Notes under the pieces: model-generated
The model's database searches: none
The model's input: the letters and a program-made list of their open reading frames with translations, nothing else
Told to the model about the DNA's origin: nothing
Made by a program: the position numbers and the translations under genes
Origin: Marsupella aquatica
Taxonomy: Eukaryota > Plantae > Marchantiophyta
Length of the DNA: 64,000 nt
Direction of reading: 5' to 3'
Assembly: GCA_973895155.1 (NCBI GenBank)
Contig: OZ316897.1
Coordinates: forward strand, 248,001-312,000
Shown here: one piece after another, positions 61,801-64,000 of the stretch
Layout: the number at the start of each line of letters is the position of its first letter
Numbering within the stretch: position 1 is the first letter of the stretch

Positions 61801-63324
61801 CCTGGCTAGAAACCAACCAAACTCACAGTTTATCTCTACAGCTGGAAGCCTCCTTCCACAAGTTTGCAAGAATTTCAAAATCGGCGTAAATTTGGTTTTC
61901 ACCTCACATCAACATTAAACGTAACTATGTCATTTCCTTGAAATCCGTGGTCTCCAGTGCCTCTGTTGACAACTGCAAATATGGTGGGGCAGCTTGTATA
62001 TGGAGAAACCAAATCAAAGATTCACATCTTGATTGACAAGTTCAAGCTTGTCTTGTTTTCTACCATTGTGGTCCGCCAGGACGAAGCTAATGGCCTGATG
62101 GCATCAAACTGTGGCAACGACCCACATTTAACAATCTACGCATCATTCCGCTTGTCTTCCTGTTTCTTGAAACACATGGATGATATCGGGAGGTTGATAT
62201 GAAACCAATGGACTCGCTAATTTCGAAAATGCAGAAAAATGAAATCGTTATAAACCGCGAGCGATAAATACCGTAGAGGCAAACCTGTATGTAATGTATT
62301 GAGCTGCCATCACGCTCCGCTTTCCCCATATCTCCATATATAATTATCGAAACCTGATTACTTCCACCCGCAGGTGGGGTAGTGAAAGTTGCAATTTTAG
62401 ATAGTCCCACCCTTTGACTGCCATTCGCAAATAATCTCTGTGAGTTCTTCAACAGACATCTATCGGCGATACCTTAAAAGCAGAAATACGCCGTCTTTGC
62501 ATGAGCACAAGTTGGTAATAAACGACAGTAAATCTCAACGTCATTAGGCTTAAATGTTTGATAGTAATAATATTGGCTGTTGATACTCCGTGGAACATAA
62601 CTCCGTATAATATTGTCACTCTACTGGATTCAAGGACCATCCATTGTCGTGAAGGAATGATTGCAGAGGTTCTTCGATAGAAATGCGAAGTAATTGGATG
62701 AACATTCAAAAAAACACCTGAAGATCGAAGGGACATCACTTGCACCATCTGAGAATGTCTACCCAGATTTGATACACAAGCAACTTTTACGATAATTATA
62801 GTCGTATCTTTTGACAACTCACCTCCCGTACTGATAAGAATACTTTGTGCGCGGCGACAGGCCAGTCATCACCGCCGTATGAACGTAGCCTGGATTATGC
62901 CACCCAAAATCATTTGCTGCTCCTGGAGCTGCAATTCATAGAACATAAAACACCAACGGATAAATCCTCTAAGTTGTCCGCCGGGCTCACACAATGGTCG
63001 TACCTATTCGCATGACATGAAGCCGTTCGAGGGACAACGTGACAAAACGCACGCGATGATATCCAACAATTGCGAATCAGCCTTGATGCAAGGGTGACAA
63101 ATAGCTGGTGTTTCACTTCAACAGTACCAATTTACATGTAAACTCAGTGTCACAGTGCTGATCCATTGCAGAACAGTATTTCTTGATGGACAATGATAAA
63201 GCTTCGAACACGTACAACACAAATCAGAGCGTGTAAAGGTGCTGACTGTGGAGCTGATCGTTGTCCCACTTGCGTACTGCACTGTTTGAGACTGAGGGTC
63301 TCCACTGACCCATGTCAACCTCAT
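58833..63324 (-). CDS. Purple acid phosphatase, nucleotide pyrophosphatase/phosphodiesterase (PPD, PAP1/24/27-like) type; 5' exons outside window
   Basis: Phase-consistent GT-AG exons 63324-63216, 62928-62823, 62417-62285, 61805-61618, 61453-61267, 60731-60664, 60246-60138, 59915-59727, 59300-59220, 58883-58833 (TAA). All five metal-ligand blocks present: GDMG, GDISY, GNHE, GHRPMY, GHVH. Confidence 0.93.
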
Positions 63325-64000
63325 CTGCGTATACACGTTGGCAAACTTGAGAAACAAAAATGGGGATAATTATCCTGACTAACGACATCCTCACTTGGGA
63401 GCGATGAGGAAAGCGGAGGATGCACATCAAAATTTTACCTCGAAATATATTTTTCATTCAAACAATTAAAACCAGAGGGGAGAGCAGATGAAACAACATC
63501 AACAGTTCGACTGTAAGGTGAAACTGCCGTAAGTAGACCAGCACACGAAAAGTCAATCTTATTTCCACCATCCCATGAAGGTGGAAATTTTGTTCCAAAC
63601 GTAGTGACAAATCCTAAAGCTAAGGATTTATCTCTCAGATTTGGATGTTGTGGAATTTCAAGACGCCTGCATTTTTCCGACAACGATGGACCTTAAGTAA
63701 AGTGTCACGATTAATGATTTGTTTACCATCTTAATCTACTCCGACGTTCGCGAGTATTCAAGCCCCATGCTCCACTGCCTCTGCATTTTACTTCTCCTGA
63801 CTTGCATGCCAGAATATTGAACCTACTCCTGCTATCGTCTGACCATCTCGCGTCACTAGATGAAGGGCATATCCAAATCTTTAAGGTGCAGTTCGGAGAT
63901 TGGCAAATGCTAACCCCAAAATGAGACGGACAAAATCTGGCTCTATAAGGCAACAATTAATCCGACTTGTGACGACCTAACAGCACGGAGCTGAATCGCT

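Overview
Plant nuclear DNA. The PPR style and TE content suggest a non-seed land plant, probably a bryophyte (inference). Host genes: a dispersed cluster of three paralogous PLS-class PPR-DYW (C-to-U organellar RNA-editing) loci, all on + (7482-10880 intact core, 38843-43704 pseudogene, 50222-53155 intact core). There is also a spliced coclaurine-N-methyltransferase/CMAS-like pseudogene (~45.0-47.8 kb), a single-exon DUF538 gene (56720-57175) and the 3' ten exons of a PPD-type purple acid phosphatase (- strand, 58833-63324, continuing beyond the window). The rest is decayed TEs: LTR-type remnants carrying an orphan coiled-coil accessory ORF (two copies), two nested Ty1/copia elements plus a third fragment, an L1-like LINE, a pogo/Tc1-mariner-type MITE and a foldback MITE. 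Main observations: (1) TTTAGGG tracts sit precisely at TE breakpoints, including a perfect 34-bp head-to-head telomere palindrome and a telomeric insertion with a 13-bp flanking duplication, which suggests telomerase-associated break repair. (2) The PPR arrays differ by whole P-L-S triplets, with one exact single-motif excision. (3) The two intact editors appear to have lost or replaced the targeting exon kept by the dead paralog. (4) The phosphatase has an in-frame duplicated splice acceptor/exon. All calls are by eye; no database search was run.
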